Virus record (IMG/VR): IMGVR_UViG_3300025018_001399
Coordinates: 1 to 24,187 of that record
Source of the DNA: a virus
Lineage: Duplodnaviria; Caudoviricetes
Direction: 5' to 3' (one strand)
DNA: 24,187 nt
In this document: piece by piece, positions 9,830 to 18,301 of the stretch
How positions within the stretch are numbered: the first letter of the stretch is position 1
Layout: every line of letters starts with the position of its first letter
Position numbers and translations under genes: made by a program
The notes under the pieces: model-generated
The model's database searches: none
What the model was told of the DNA's origin: nothing
What the model saw: only the letters and a program-made list of their open reading frames with translations

Positions 9830-10904
9830 GCACTTCTTTTATCATGTCGGCGTAATCCTTGACGTGTTGCTGTATTTGGTGAGGTTTCATACTTTCAAAC
9901 GCCCGTTCTCCCATTGATTTGCGTAGTTTTGCATCTGTCATCATCTTCTCTATTGCGTTATACCACTCATCCTCAGTCTCACATAAAAATCCATTCTCAC
10001 CATCGTATACTAACTCCTTATATTGTCTGATCGCTTGCCAGATTCCAGGTATTTTATAGCTACTAGCTTCCAAAAACTTAGTATTTGATTTTGATTTATT
10101 ATATATATTGACATTCATCGGTACTAGCATAAAGTCAGCATCATCCATATACGCCTTCTGTTTATCTATCCATTTGAGAACATCTGTATCACCAAATCCC
10201 TCTGTATACCTAGCTCCCCACTTATTCTTAAACTCTGATACAAAAGCTCCAACTGTTGTAAAGCTAAAGTTAGGATATCGGTACATAATCCGGTCCATTG
10301 CGGCAACAAAAGGCATTGAGTATAAGCTATTAAAGTGAGTAGATGATCCAAAGTGTATTGCTTTGTAGTAACCACGGTCTTTGAACTCACATCTGTGGTT
10401 GTAGGTATCTAGATTGATATAGTTTGGTAGTACTGTGATCTCTTTTGATTTCTTTATGGTGTTTGCCATTATAGAGTTTTTCAGGTGCTTATTTGTACAA
10501 GTTACGTGTGCAACATCGCCTGCTACATCTGTTACCACAGTACGACCCCATGAGCCACTCTTGAAGATGTCATATGATGTATTATCACGTGTTAGATTCC
10601 ATAAATCATCATCTATGTCTAGTATCAGCTTCTTATTGTACTTCTGAGCCATTAGCCCCATTACAGCATACCCCATGTCGTTTGTTGTGTAGTTAAAGTA
10701 CACCACATCATACTCTTGGAAAATATCACGCCAGTCAAATGAGACACCTGTACTAGGATCGTATACGTGTACATCAAATTCATATGTATCGTCTTTATAT
10801 CCATGTAGTGCCTTCATAGGCTGTAGGATACGTAGGAAATCAACACCTGATACACGTTCAATAAAAGTGTGAGAACCTATGGCAAAGACACGTATTTTTT
10901 TCAT
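9819..10904 (-). CDS. Glycosyltransferase, GT-B fold (GT4-like)
   Basis: 361 aa. RILQP, LDIDDDLW, NKSKSNTKFLEASSYKIPGI and YKELVYDGENGFL...EDEWYNAIEKM motifs are typical of phage GT4-like enzymes. Confidence 0.85.
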   Translation of the reverse strand: MKKIRVFAIGSHTFIERVSGVDFLRILQPMKALHGYKDDTYEFDVHVYDPSTGVSFDWRDIFQEYDVVYFNYTTNDMGYAVMGLMAQKYNKKLILDIDDDLWNLTRDNTSYDIFKSGSWGRTVVTDVAGDVAHVTCTNKHLKNSIMANTIKKSKEITVLPNYINLDTYNHRCEFKDRGYYKAIHFGSSTHFNSLYSMPFVAAMDRIMYRYPNFSFTTVGAFVSEFKNKWGARYTEGFGDTDVLKWIDKQKAYMDDADFMLVPMNVNIYNKSKSNTKFLEASSYKIPGIWQAIRQYKELVYDGENGFLCETEDEWYNAIEKMMTDAKLRKSMGERAFESMKPHQIQQHVKDYADMIKEVLDK

Positions 10905-11662
10905 GCTTGTGTAGTCTCTATGAACTTATCCAACTTCTTACTAAAAGTTTCAATCATCCCCTCATAGTGATCTCTAAACTCACTTACGAGTAGCTGTTTC
11001 TTCTCATCAGTTATTCCCAGTCCATTCATTCCTGTCTCGTACTTCATCAAATCTTTTATTCCAAAGTCTCCGTAGTATTGCACTCTACAACCACAAAGCC
11101 TAGCAATATCCATCATGGCAGATAGTCTATCATAACAGTATAATACCTTGCATTTGTTGAGTAGGTCTGCAAGCGCCTGTTGATCTGTTGCAAATTCACG
11201 GGTAATCTCAATTGAATCTTTAGGATGCTTAAATTGGTTCTGACCTTTACCTACTAAATAACAGGTACGTGTACGCTTCTTGTCTTGATCGAAAAAGATA
11301 TGGAGGTTTAGGATCGGTAAAAAAAGGATATGATCATCATCAACACCAAAGGTGTCGTATATATTACTAAACACGTAAATATGGTCACTTGTTGCCTTTA
11401 TTTCCTCTGTACTAGGGCCTGTTACCCCATACATTGCCATTAGAGCAGGTGTCTGTAATACGTAGCGTACTACCTTAGTACCTTCAGCTGGATTGCCTGA
11501 GTATATCTCTGGGTATACCGCAATAGACTCAGTATTGTACTTGGCGTTCATATGTACTATCTGTCCTTTAGTTTCGAGCCAGCTCCTAAGTCCGTACATT
11601 ACACGGATTCCTCCAGACACAACAGAATAAGGTGGGGCAATAATAGAATAGGGTTTATTCAT
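10901..11662 (-). CDS. Putative glycosyltransferase (polysaccharide-cluster-type hypothetical)
   Basis: 253 aa. SGGIRVMYGL, IAVYPEIYSGNP and LADLLNKCKVLYCYD..SAMMDIARLCGC resemble truncated GT-B proteins of surface-polysaccharide loci. Overlaps both neighbouring genes. Confidence 0.55.
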   Translation of the reverse strand: MNKPYSIIAPPYSVVSGGIRVMYGLRSWLETKGQIVHMNAKYNTESIAVYPEIYSGNPAEGTKVVRYVLQTPALMAMYGVTGPSTEEIKATSDHIYVFSNIYDTFGVDDDHILFLPILNLHIFFDQDKKRTRTCYLVGKGQNQFKHPKDSIEITREFATDQQALADLLNKCKVLYCYDRLSAMMDIARLCGCRVQYYGDFGIKDLMKYETGMNGLGITDEKKQLLVSEFRDHYEGMIETFSKKLDKFIETTQA

Positions 11663-12396
11663 ACTCCTGTATATCTAACTGTTTGACCGTAAAAGCTAAC
11701 ATACTGCATATAATCAACTACCTCTTGTGGGAATCCTAGCTCACGTGGTGTAGGCTTTATAACGCCACCTTTTGCCATGTGATAAAGATGTACTTGTTCA
11801 TCTCTACACATGACCTTATCTCCTTTCATATAGAACTCACTTTCACGCCCTAGTGACTTACAGCCATAATAACCTTTGTCTTTATCAAGTACTTTGAGCT
11901 TCATATAAGGTAAGTCGTTATAGATGACAAGGTTCATTATATCGTTCTCTTTACACTTGTACTTCATAGCATCTTTGTTAGCTTTTTCCCACACATCCCA
12001 AAATTTAGCGTTCGTTGCTGCAACGAGTCCACCTTGTAAGAACATATCCTCTGTAACATTCTCTACAGATGTATTCTCGTAGTCGTTCTTGTTTATAGGA
12101 CATGCTATCTCATAATCTGCCTCTAGTATGCTGTCGCATCTATCAAGGAATATATGATCTGCATCAACATTAACCACACAGTTGTAATAAGGTGTAAGTA
12201 GTTTTGCAAATGTAGGCTTTGCCATGTAGAAGTTTATATCTTTCTCTTTGAATATCTTATCAATCATATTTTGCCTAAAAACTACGAGATCGATTTCAGG
12301 ATGGAAGTATTTAAAAGAGTTGATCATTTGAGGAGTACCAGCAGGGTAATAAAATCTGTCGTCGACTATACTGAAAAAAACTATACTATTTTTCAT
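11659..12396 (-). CDS. Glycosyltransferase, GT-A fold (GT8-like)
   Basis: 245 aa. DxD motif VNVDADHIF, FLQGGLV, ENDIMNLV and late LYHMA, matching the GT8-like motif order. Confidence 0.7.
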   Translation of the reverse strand: MKNSIVFFSIVDDRFYYPAGTPQMINSFKYFHPEIDLVVFRQNMIDKIFKEKDINFYMAKPTFAKLLTPYYNCVVNVDADHIFLDRCDSILEADYEIACPINKNDYENTSVENVTEDMFLQGGLVAATNAKFWDVWEKANKDAMKYKCKENDIMNLVIYNDLPYMKLKVLDKDKGYYGCKSLGRESEFYMKGDKVMCRDEQVHLYHMAKGGVIKPTPRELGFPQEVVDYMQYVSFYGQTVRYTGV

Positions 12397-12886
12397 AATT
12401 ATCTATAAAAGTATCAACATCTTTAAAAGCACTCATACGCTGTTTAATTGTTTCTTCATCCCAATCCCACCATTTAATTTGCTCAAGTTTCCTAATCTCC
12501 TCAGTAGAGAAGCGGAAGTATTTAATAATAGCAGGATTACCCGCAACCATTGCATAAGGAGGAACATCTTTTGTAACGACGCTGTATGCTGCAATTATTG
12601 CACCATCTCCTATGTTAATACCGTCCATTACCTTAACTTCTCGTCCTATCCATACATCATTGCCTATTGTAATCATCCCATCTCCTAGCGGAAAGTTATA
12701 TTCGTCTAGTCCCCACCTAGTACCAAATGGGTAATTAGACACAAGCGATCTGTTTTCAACGGATGGGTGATTAAGATTATAATGAGGATAAAAACCCTCA
12801 CTAATAGAACTGTAATTTCCTACAATTACATGAGCATCTTTGTAGTCAAGAGGCTCTGATATATATGATTGTTTACCTATTTTCAC
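12386..12886 (-). CDS. Hexapeptide-repeat O-acetyltransferase (CatB/Vat-like XAT family)
   Basis: ITIGNDVWIG...GINIGDGAIIAAYSVVTKDVPPYAMVAGNPA.IIKYFRF and IKWWDW are hallmark XAT motifs. Confidence 0.9.
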   Translation of the reverse strand: MKIGKQSYISEPLDYKDAHVIVGNYSSISEGFYPHYNLNHPSVENRSLVSNYPFGTRWGLDEYNFPLGDGMITIGNDVWIGREVKVMDGINIGDGAIIAAYSVVTKDVPPYAMVAGNPAIIKYFRFSTEEIRKLEQIKWWDWDEETIKQRMSAFKDVDTFIDNYEK

Positions 12887-13695
12887 CTGTAAAACAGAAC
12901 TACTATTGCGCTTGATGGGTATCTGCGTGCTTTGTATCCTAATGTTCCCATATACTCAACAAGCAAAGTCCAAGTATCAAAGTGAAATTCAACCTCTATA
13001 GAATTGATCTTTGGAGCTACTTTTTTGAAGCCTTCCGAGCGTAAGATCATGTCCTCTGCTCCTTCTACATCAAACTTGCAGAAATCCACCTTATCAATTT
13101 TATACTTCTTAAATAACGTATCAAATGCCATGGTCTTTACCATTTCGCCACCTTGACCATATTGACGAATGACTGAATGACAAGTGCGGTTCTGATCTAA
13201 CGTATTAAGCATCATTTCGCCATCTTTATCAGCAAGTGCCACGTTGACAAGTTCTACATTATCCCATTTGTTATGATCCTTGTTAGCTTTCAGAGCCTTG
13301 AAGTTTTCACTAGATGGTTCTACCGCCACAACACGCTTTGCATGTTCTCTGAAGTATTTAACAGTGAGTCCTACCTGCGCTCCAATGTCAAGAATGACCA
13401 TATCAGTACGCTGATTGACTATGTCTTTATATAATCCTTCAAAATATATCTCTCTCCATATGTATGGGAGGTATAAACTATCAAATGGAATCGCCTTACC
13501 GTTTATATCTTCTATTGGATAGAAGATTGCACCTAAGTTGTTTTTCATATTATTTTTTACAGGAGTATGTTTAATTATTACATCTTTAATATCGGGGTTA
13601 ACTGGGCTTGTGTGCTCCCATCCTCCATCAACTTTATAACCGTAATTTACAAAACCGCTCTTATATTCGAGCTTCTCTAGTTGTTTATTTTTCAT
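12883..13695 (-). CDS. FkbM-family SAM-dependent methyltransferase
   Basis: ILDIGAQVG, VVAVEPSSENF, VDFCKFDVEGAE and EVEFH motifs. Alternative start at 13548 (MKNNLGAIFYP). Confidence 0.9.
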   Translation of the reverse strand: MKNKQLEKLEYKSGFVNYGYKVDGGWEHTSPVNPDIKDVIIKHTPVKNNMKNNLGAIFYPIEDINGKAIPFDSLYLPYIWREIYFEGLYKDIVNQRTDMVILDIGAQVGLTVKYFREHAKRVVAVEPSSENFKALKANKDHNKWDNVELVNVALADKDGEMMLNTLDQNRTCHSVIRQYGQGGEMVKTMAFDTLFKKYKIDKVDFCKFDVEGAEDMILRSEGFKKVAPKINSIEVEFHFDTWTLLVEYMGTLGYKARRYPSSAIVVLFYR

Positions 13696-13719
13696 AAAAT
13701 AATATAATTTGTAATAAAA

Positions 13720-13989
13720 TTATTTTTTAATCCCAATTTCTCTTAATAAACCATCTACTTTCTCCGAAGTCCATTTATCTACATATGGTTGAGCCTCTAA
13801 TACATTGGCATACGTCTTTCTTTCAATCACAGTAATTAAATGCTTATTGATTATTTCTTTAATCATGTCGTTTACACGATCTTCTTTTAACAAATTTTCA
13901 ACTACCTTTGCAATATCTAACTGCTCAAGTTCAAGTTTCACGTCGCTCATTATTTTGCTTATTACAGCTTCTTCAATATCTTTATACAT
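13720..13989 (-). CDS. Hypothetical helical protein within the glycan cassette
   Basis: 89 aa ORF starting 1 nt after the transketolase C-subunit stop; no recognisable motif. Confidence 0.6.
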   Translation of the reverse strand: MYKDIEEAVISKIMSDVKLELEQLDIAKVVENLLKEDRVNDMIKEIINKHLITVIERKTYANVLEAQPYVDKWTSEKVDGLLREIGIKK

Positions 13990-13990
13990 A

Positions 13991-14464
13991 TCATCTTTTT
14001 AAACTTATAAAATAGGAATGATTACTACACATCTCTTTTACAAGATCCGGTATTTCTTCTTTTTTAGTTGGATAAAAGCAGATTATGTTTTTCAAAGGTT
14101 TCAAAACATCCTCTACTCCTGTTGCATCGTGACTAAATCCATCATGTTTATAGTCGTCGTCACGACCTGAGCCTACAAGTTTAATAGGTATGTTTTCATG
14201 GTTAATATAAGTGTGGATAGTCTCAAATGCTCGGTATATCAGGAAAGGTGTAATTGAGTACACAAACACTTTCTTACCCGATAATGCCATCCCGACTGCT
14301 ATATCCATACCTGCCTGTTCACTAGCACCCACGTTAAAAAATCTATCGGGGTAATCTTCTCGTATCTGATCCCACATACCCATACCTAGATCCATCGTAA
14401 TAAGCACGATATCAGTATCTATGGTCATTTGTTTGTGAAGTTCTTTAGCGAATAATCTCCTCAT
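13991..14464 (-). CDS. Transketolase-like pyrimidine-binding subunit (lacks the C-terminal domain)
   Basis: MRRLFA, ITMDLG, RFFNVGASEQAGMDIAVGMALSG, YSITPFLIYRAFE and DGFSHDA motifs; only 157 aa. Confidence 0.9.
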   Translation of the reverse strand: MRRLFAKELHKQMTIDTDIVLITMDLGMGMWDQIREDYPDRFFNVGASEQAGMDIAVGMALSGKKVFVYSITPFLIYRAFETIHTYINHENIPIKLVGSGRDDDYKHDGFSHDATGVEDVLKPLKNIICFYPTKKEEIPDLVKEMCSNHSYFISLKR

Positions 14465-15062
14465 ATTCCTCCTTGCTTAATACTTTGTAATGAGCCTGTA
14501 AGCCCTGCATATAATCTGGGTAATCAAACATATTGTGTTTAACCATGAGTGTTGGATAGAAGTCATTGATACGAATATCTAAGTCCTCTACATCTACCTT
14601 GTCATAAGCTGAATAACCGTTTGCAATGAGTGCAATATTCAAATTCTCAAGCATATTGTTACGTGCTATGGCTAGTGCTTCCCAGAGTGAGCCTTCTGCG
14701 GCTTCTCCATCTGATATGGTGCAATATACCTTCTTAGAACGGTTAGCAAGTGCCATACCTACTGCAATACCTATTCCATGCCCTAAGCTACCAGTAGATG
14801 CCCATATACCATCCTTCTCGTCACGGTTTGGGTGTACTCCATGTTTGAGGAGTAACTTCTCTGCATCCTGCCCCTCGTACTTTTCCAAGACTACATAGAG
14901 CGCCAGTCCTGCATGACCATTTGATAAAATGAACGGTTCATCCTTCTGTTTAACTGAGTAGATACGATCTATGGTATTGACTGAGGCTAACACCGAACCT
15001 ATATGGCTTAATTTGTGTTTATATGACAGATCAATAATCCTTTTTTCAAGTTTATTTAACAT
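14445..15062 (-). CDS. Transketolase-like TPP-binding N-terminal subunit
   Basis: SHIGS, ILSNGHAG, STGSLGHGIGIAVGMALA and the TPP motif SDGEAAEGSLWEA...N. Confidence 0.9.
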   Translation of the reverse strand: MLNKLEKRIIDLSYKHKLSHIGSVLASVNTIDRIYSVKQKDEPFILSNGHAGLALYVVLEKYEGQDAEKLLLKHGVHPNRDEKDGIWASTGSLGHGIGIAVGMALANRSKKVYCTISDGEAAEGSLWEALAIARNNMLENLNIALIANGYSAYDKVDVEDLDIRINDFYPTLMVKHNMFDYPDYMQGLQAHYKVLSKEEYEEIIR

Positions 15063-15828
15063 AATTTTCTACCATACTTTTAATAGAGTCTGCTACGGTA
15101 CGTTTAGGAGCCCATCCGTACCCCCGTGATCTGTAATTAGTTGATACCCAGTATTCATTATCATAAGGGCGAAGATTGTTAACTAAATTAACATTTGCTT
15201 TTTTACCTGTTACTTTCTCAACTAACGCTAATATCTGTGAGTTTGAGTATGATGTGCCAGTACCGAGCTCATAAATACCCCTTGCTTGATGCTCTGATAA
15301 GTTTATGATCCCATCTACCACATCTTCTACATCTATATAATCGTGCGTGGCATTTGGTACTAGATTGACTAATTTACCTGTCATACATGAATCAATAAGT
15401 ACAGGTATCAAGTGCTTTGGATTGTCAGAAACGCCCGTTATAGTGTAAGGGCGAATTATACAGATTGGTTTGTTGTACTTTTCCATATAAGACAAAAGTA
15501 CCTCCTCAGCGGCACGTTTTGAGCGACTATACATTGTTTGTGTTCTCAATTTGACGGAGGAGGTACTTATGAATACAAAGGACTTAAAGTTATATTGTAC
15601 TGACTGATTGAGTATGTGAATAAGATCAAGGACATTAGCCTGCATGATACTTTGGGTGTCTGTTTGATCTATGATATTACCGTATGAAGAAAGGAAGTAC
15701 CCGTATTCAAAAGGTAGTAGTTTAATTGATCGAATATCTTCGTGCTTAATAGCTAATGTTTCACCATCAAGTTTTTTTATTAAATTACTTCCTAAAAATC
15801 CATGTGCGCCAGTAATTATGTTTTTCAT
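15052..15828 (-). CDS. NAD-dependent NDP-sugar epimerase/dehydratase/reductase (extended SDR)
   Basis: ITGAHGFLG Rossmann motif, FISTSS, catalytic YSRSK, HDYIDVEDVVDG and YELGTG. Confidence 0.9.
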   Translation of the reverse strand: MKNIITGAHGFLGSNLIKKLDGETLAIKHEDIRSIKLLPFEYGYFLSSYGNIIDQTDTQSIMQANVLDLIHILNQSVQYNFKSFVFISTSSVKLRTQTMYSRSKRAAEEVLLSYMEKYNKPICIIRPYTITGVSDNPKHLIPVLIDSCMTGKLVNLVPNATHDYIDVEDVVDGIINLSEHQARGIYELGTGTSYSNSQILALVEKVTGKKANVNLVNNLRPYDNEYWVSTNYRSRGYGWAPKRTVADSIKSMVENYVK

Positions 15829-15865
15829 AAACCTATATAAACCTATATAAACCTATATAAACCTA
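15827..15865. repeat. 10-bp tandem repeat (ATAAACCTAT) x3.9
   Basis: Exact copies at 15827, 15837 and 15847 plus a 9-nt copy at 15857; abuts the epimerase start codon. Confidence 0.95.
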
Positions 15866-15873
15866 ATGATTTA

Positions 15874-15902
15874 AGTATATCAGACTATAATTTAATAGTC
15901 AA
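15874..15902 (-). promoter_or_regulatory. Sigma70-type promoter for the glycan cassette
   Basis: TTGACT (15902-15897), 17-nt spacer ending TGA, then TATACT (15879-15874). Confidence 0.7.
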
Positions 15903-16208
15903 TTACTGTTTCTTACTTACCTGAATACTTCCTTTAAATATAATCCGTCCATCATCCCCTAAGCCAAATTGTGGCATAAGAGCAATAGTCAGACTTTCCT
16001 TCTCAAGAAATTCCTCCAGCTTTTCAGCCCACGTATCACCTAACTCAAAATGATCAACTATATATGGATGATTGTTTTCTTTTGAGTATTCTGTATATGG
16101 TACATCAACATCAGTTACTTGTACTCCTGCTCCATCTCCTGACTTTTGAGGTACAGTATTTTCAATTTTCTCTGGTACTACCGCCTCTCTATATACATCA
16201 TTGGCCAT
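15903..16208 (-). CDS. Hypothetical phage protein
   Basis: 101 aa ORF overlapping the upstream 76-aa gene, in operon orientation. Confidence 0.6.
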   Translation of the reverse strand: MANDVYREAVVPEKIENTVPQKSGDGAGVQVTDVDVPYTEYSKENNHPYIVDHFELGDTWAEKLEEFLEKESLTIALMPQFGLGDDGRIIFKGSIQVSKKQ

Positions 16209-16428
16209 ATTTCGCCTTTCCTTTTATATAATCGTGTACATCTCGGATTTCCTCTTTATCCCCTCTCCTGTGTGCTCTAACTAATGCCTCTCTCATTGAT
16301 CGTATTGATCCCGACTCTCCCTTAATGGATTGAATAGTAAACCTAATATTCTCCCTTGTATCAGGATTAGTTTCACGCTCTAGTAAATCGTATAGCTCCT
16401 TTATGTCTTCTGTTCTACCATTTGCCAT
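16198..16428 (-). CDS. Hypothetical phage protein downstream of the capsid gene
   Basis: 76 aa charged helical ORF with an AT-rich leader. Confidence 0.65.
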   Translation of the reverse strand: MANGRTEDIKELYDLLERETNPDTRENIRFTIQSIKGESGSIRSMREALVRAHRRGDKEEIRDVHDYIKGKAKYGQ

Positions 16429-16500
16429 ATATAATCTAATTTTTTATGACAACATTTACAAACTTCCATCCATGTTGTCCTATCCTTACATATCTTGGTT

Positions 16501-16537
16501 AGTGGGGGGAGTTTGGTTTTATCCATATCCCCCCATT
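16501..16537. terminator. G/C-rich stem-loop downstream of the major capsid gene (terminator or mRNA stabiliser)
   Basis: TGGGGGGA (16503-16510) pairs with TCCCCCCA (16528-16535), with an inner TGG/CCA. No U-tract on the minus strand, so terminator function is uncertain. Confidence 0.45.
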
Positions 16538-16579
16538 TTACCCTACCCTTTGTCAAACATCAATAACTAGGAGTTATCG

Positions 16580-17500
16580 TCATGATGTGGGGGTTTTTGC
16601 AACCACAACCCAATCTGCGTTGAGGATTTTAGTAGCATAAGAACCTGCCCACGAGATTTTACTAATTCGTCCTGCTGGTGAACTTCCGTCCACTATGTTT
16701 GGAAGAATGTAAAGTCTTGGCTTGTCCCCTTCAAGATCATAACATCCAAACGCATCTGCGCCATGAACGTATGTATTGAAAGCGGCAACTACAGATGCTT
16801 CTGAAGCTGCTCCTACTGAGGATGCTGCGTCTTTATTCAAGAGCCAACGCACTTGATAAAGTTCACCCATTTCACCTTTGTAAAGGTCTTTTACATCGGA
16901 ATAGGTTTTTGCATTGATCCATGTCGAATCACCCAAGAGCTGATACTTCGCTTGTGGAGTTGTTTTCCCCATAAAGTAGCCATCTTTATATTCCCGTGCT
17001 CTGTTTAGTTCAAGAGTTCGTGTGATCCCTCGTACCATAGAAGCTGAGAACGTGTCAGAAGCTGCATATGTGGAAGTATTCTTTCCATTTGCAAAATAAG
17101 CCGTTCCATTGTTCAATTCGTTAATTGTCAAACGGTTAATACTTTCTCCCATGTTTTGACCAACAAGTGAAATTTTTTCTCTCATTCCACTGTCAATACC
17201 AACAAGGGTTAAGAACTTAGACGTTTGAACTGTTTGACCATACTCTGAAAGTGTCATCGAAACCGTACTAGCTGTGATGTTGCTGATTGATGGATTTGAT
17301 CCTTCACCCAGTGGAGTGGTGTTAATTGTTAGAGGTGTGTACCTTGTGAAATTAACAGTTCGTCCTTCACCAGTGCTATGAGTTCTCATCTGTGCGCCTT
17401 CTTTAGCGACATATTCGTACTCTGCACGTTTTAGAAACACTTTTTCGTAGTATGTGCTAACCTCTGGTGAGAGGGTCGCTGTCGTATTTAAGTCTGCCAT
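16580..17500 (-). CDS. Major capsid protein (N4-gp56-like, HK97 fold)
   Basis: 306 aa. GRTVNFTRY.PL...TPLGEG..P, TLSEYG and KGEMGELYQVR motifs; lies directly after a scaffold-like gene. Confidence 0.85.
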   Translation of the reverse strand: MADLNTTATLSPEVSTYYEKVFLKRAEYEYVAKEGAQMRTHSTGEGRTVNFTRYTPLTINTTPLGEGSNPSISNITASTVSMTLSEYGQTVQTSKFLTLVGIDSGMREKISLVGQNMGESINRLTINELNNGTAYFANGKNTSTYAASDTFSASMVRGITRTLELNRAREYKDGYFMGKTTPQAKYQLLGDSTWINAKTYSDVKDLYKGEMGELYQVRWLLNKDAASSVGAASEASVVAAFNTYVHGADAFGCYDLEGDKPRLYILPNIVDGSSPAGRISKISWAGSYATKILNADWVVVAKTPTS

Positions 17501-17518
17501 ACTAATAAAAGTTAATGT

Positions 17519-18247
17519 TTAATGCACCGTTTCAAGCTCTTGTTCCATTTCTTCAATGGACTTATCTTGAAACTTCTTTTCGTTACCTTTTATATTGCTT
17601 GGTCTCAAGGTTGCTTCAGTAACCTGTTTGGCTATCGTTGCTTTCTCTTGACCTACAGCCCTTTCAGCTGCTTTCAAATACGGCTTCATGTACTTATCAG
17701 TTAATTGCTTAACTGAAAGATTAGGATTCATTCTAATCTCGTTATACACGGCACTCGTAATAGCTTCGTTAACATCAGGATCAAAAGCGTCACTATTGGA
17801 GTCAAGTTCTGGATAGAACTTTTGAGCGTCTTGTGCCTCGGATTTAATCCGATTCACTGTGCGTTCTTTTTCTACTTCAAGTCGTGCGATAGTTCTTAGA
17901 TCATCTATGGTAAGTTCTTTTTGACCTCCGTCGCTCTCTGGTTGATAAGGATTAACATCCTCTTGTTGAGATCCTGCGGTAAGTTCTTCGAGCTTACTCG
18001 ATAAATCTTCTACCTTAGCTTTATAATCGTCCCTTTCATCCACTAATTTGTGGATGCGCTTTTCAGCTCCGCTAACTTTTTTTTCACCTTCCGTATCTGA
18101 TTCTTCAGTAGATATTTCAGTTTTCTCTGATTGTACCGATTCGTCATCAACTTCCAATGCTTTTGTTTCTACAGTCGGCGTCTCTGTAGGGCTGTTATCT
18201 TCAGCCTTTGCGTTTATCGCCTGCTCCTCTTTTTCTAAATCATCCAT
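17519..18247 (-). CDS. Capsid scaffolding protein
   Basis: 242 aa. Very acidic N-terminus, coiled coil AEKRIHKLVDER, YPELD.NSDAFD, C-terminal SIEEMEQEL; lies between portal and capsid genes. Confidence 0.75.
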   Translation of the reverse strand: MDDLEKEEQAINAKAEDNSPTETPTVETKALEVDDESVQSEKTEISTEESDTEGEKKVSGAEKRIHKLVDERDDYKAKVEDLSSKLEELTAGSQQEDVNPYQPESDGGQKELTIDDLRTIARLEVEKERTVNRIKSEAQDAQKFYPELDSNSDAFDPDVNEAITSAVYNEIRMNPNLSVKQLTDKYMKPYLKAAERAVGQEKATIAKQVTEATLRPSNIKGNEKKFQDKSIEEMEQELETVH

Positions 18248-18301
18248 AATGTGAGGTAAATAATAATCAGAGCTACACGCCGCCCAGCTATGCGTCTAAC
18301 C

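Noticed and set aside
12386-12886. Antibiotic-resistance gene (catB/vat)
   Set aside because: The XAT fold is shared with sugar O-acetyltransferases, and the glycan-cassette context favours sugar acetylation.
15827-15865. CRISPR array or replication iterons
   Set aside because: The units are 10 bp with no spacers and lie in a 5' UTR far from the replication gene.
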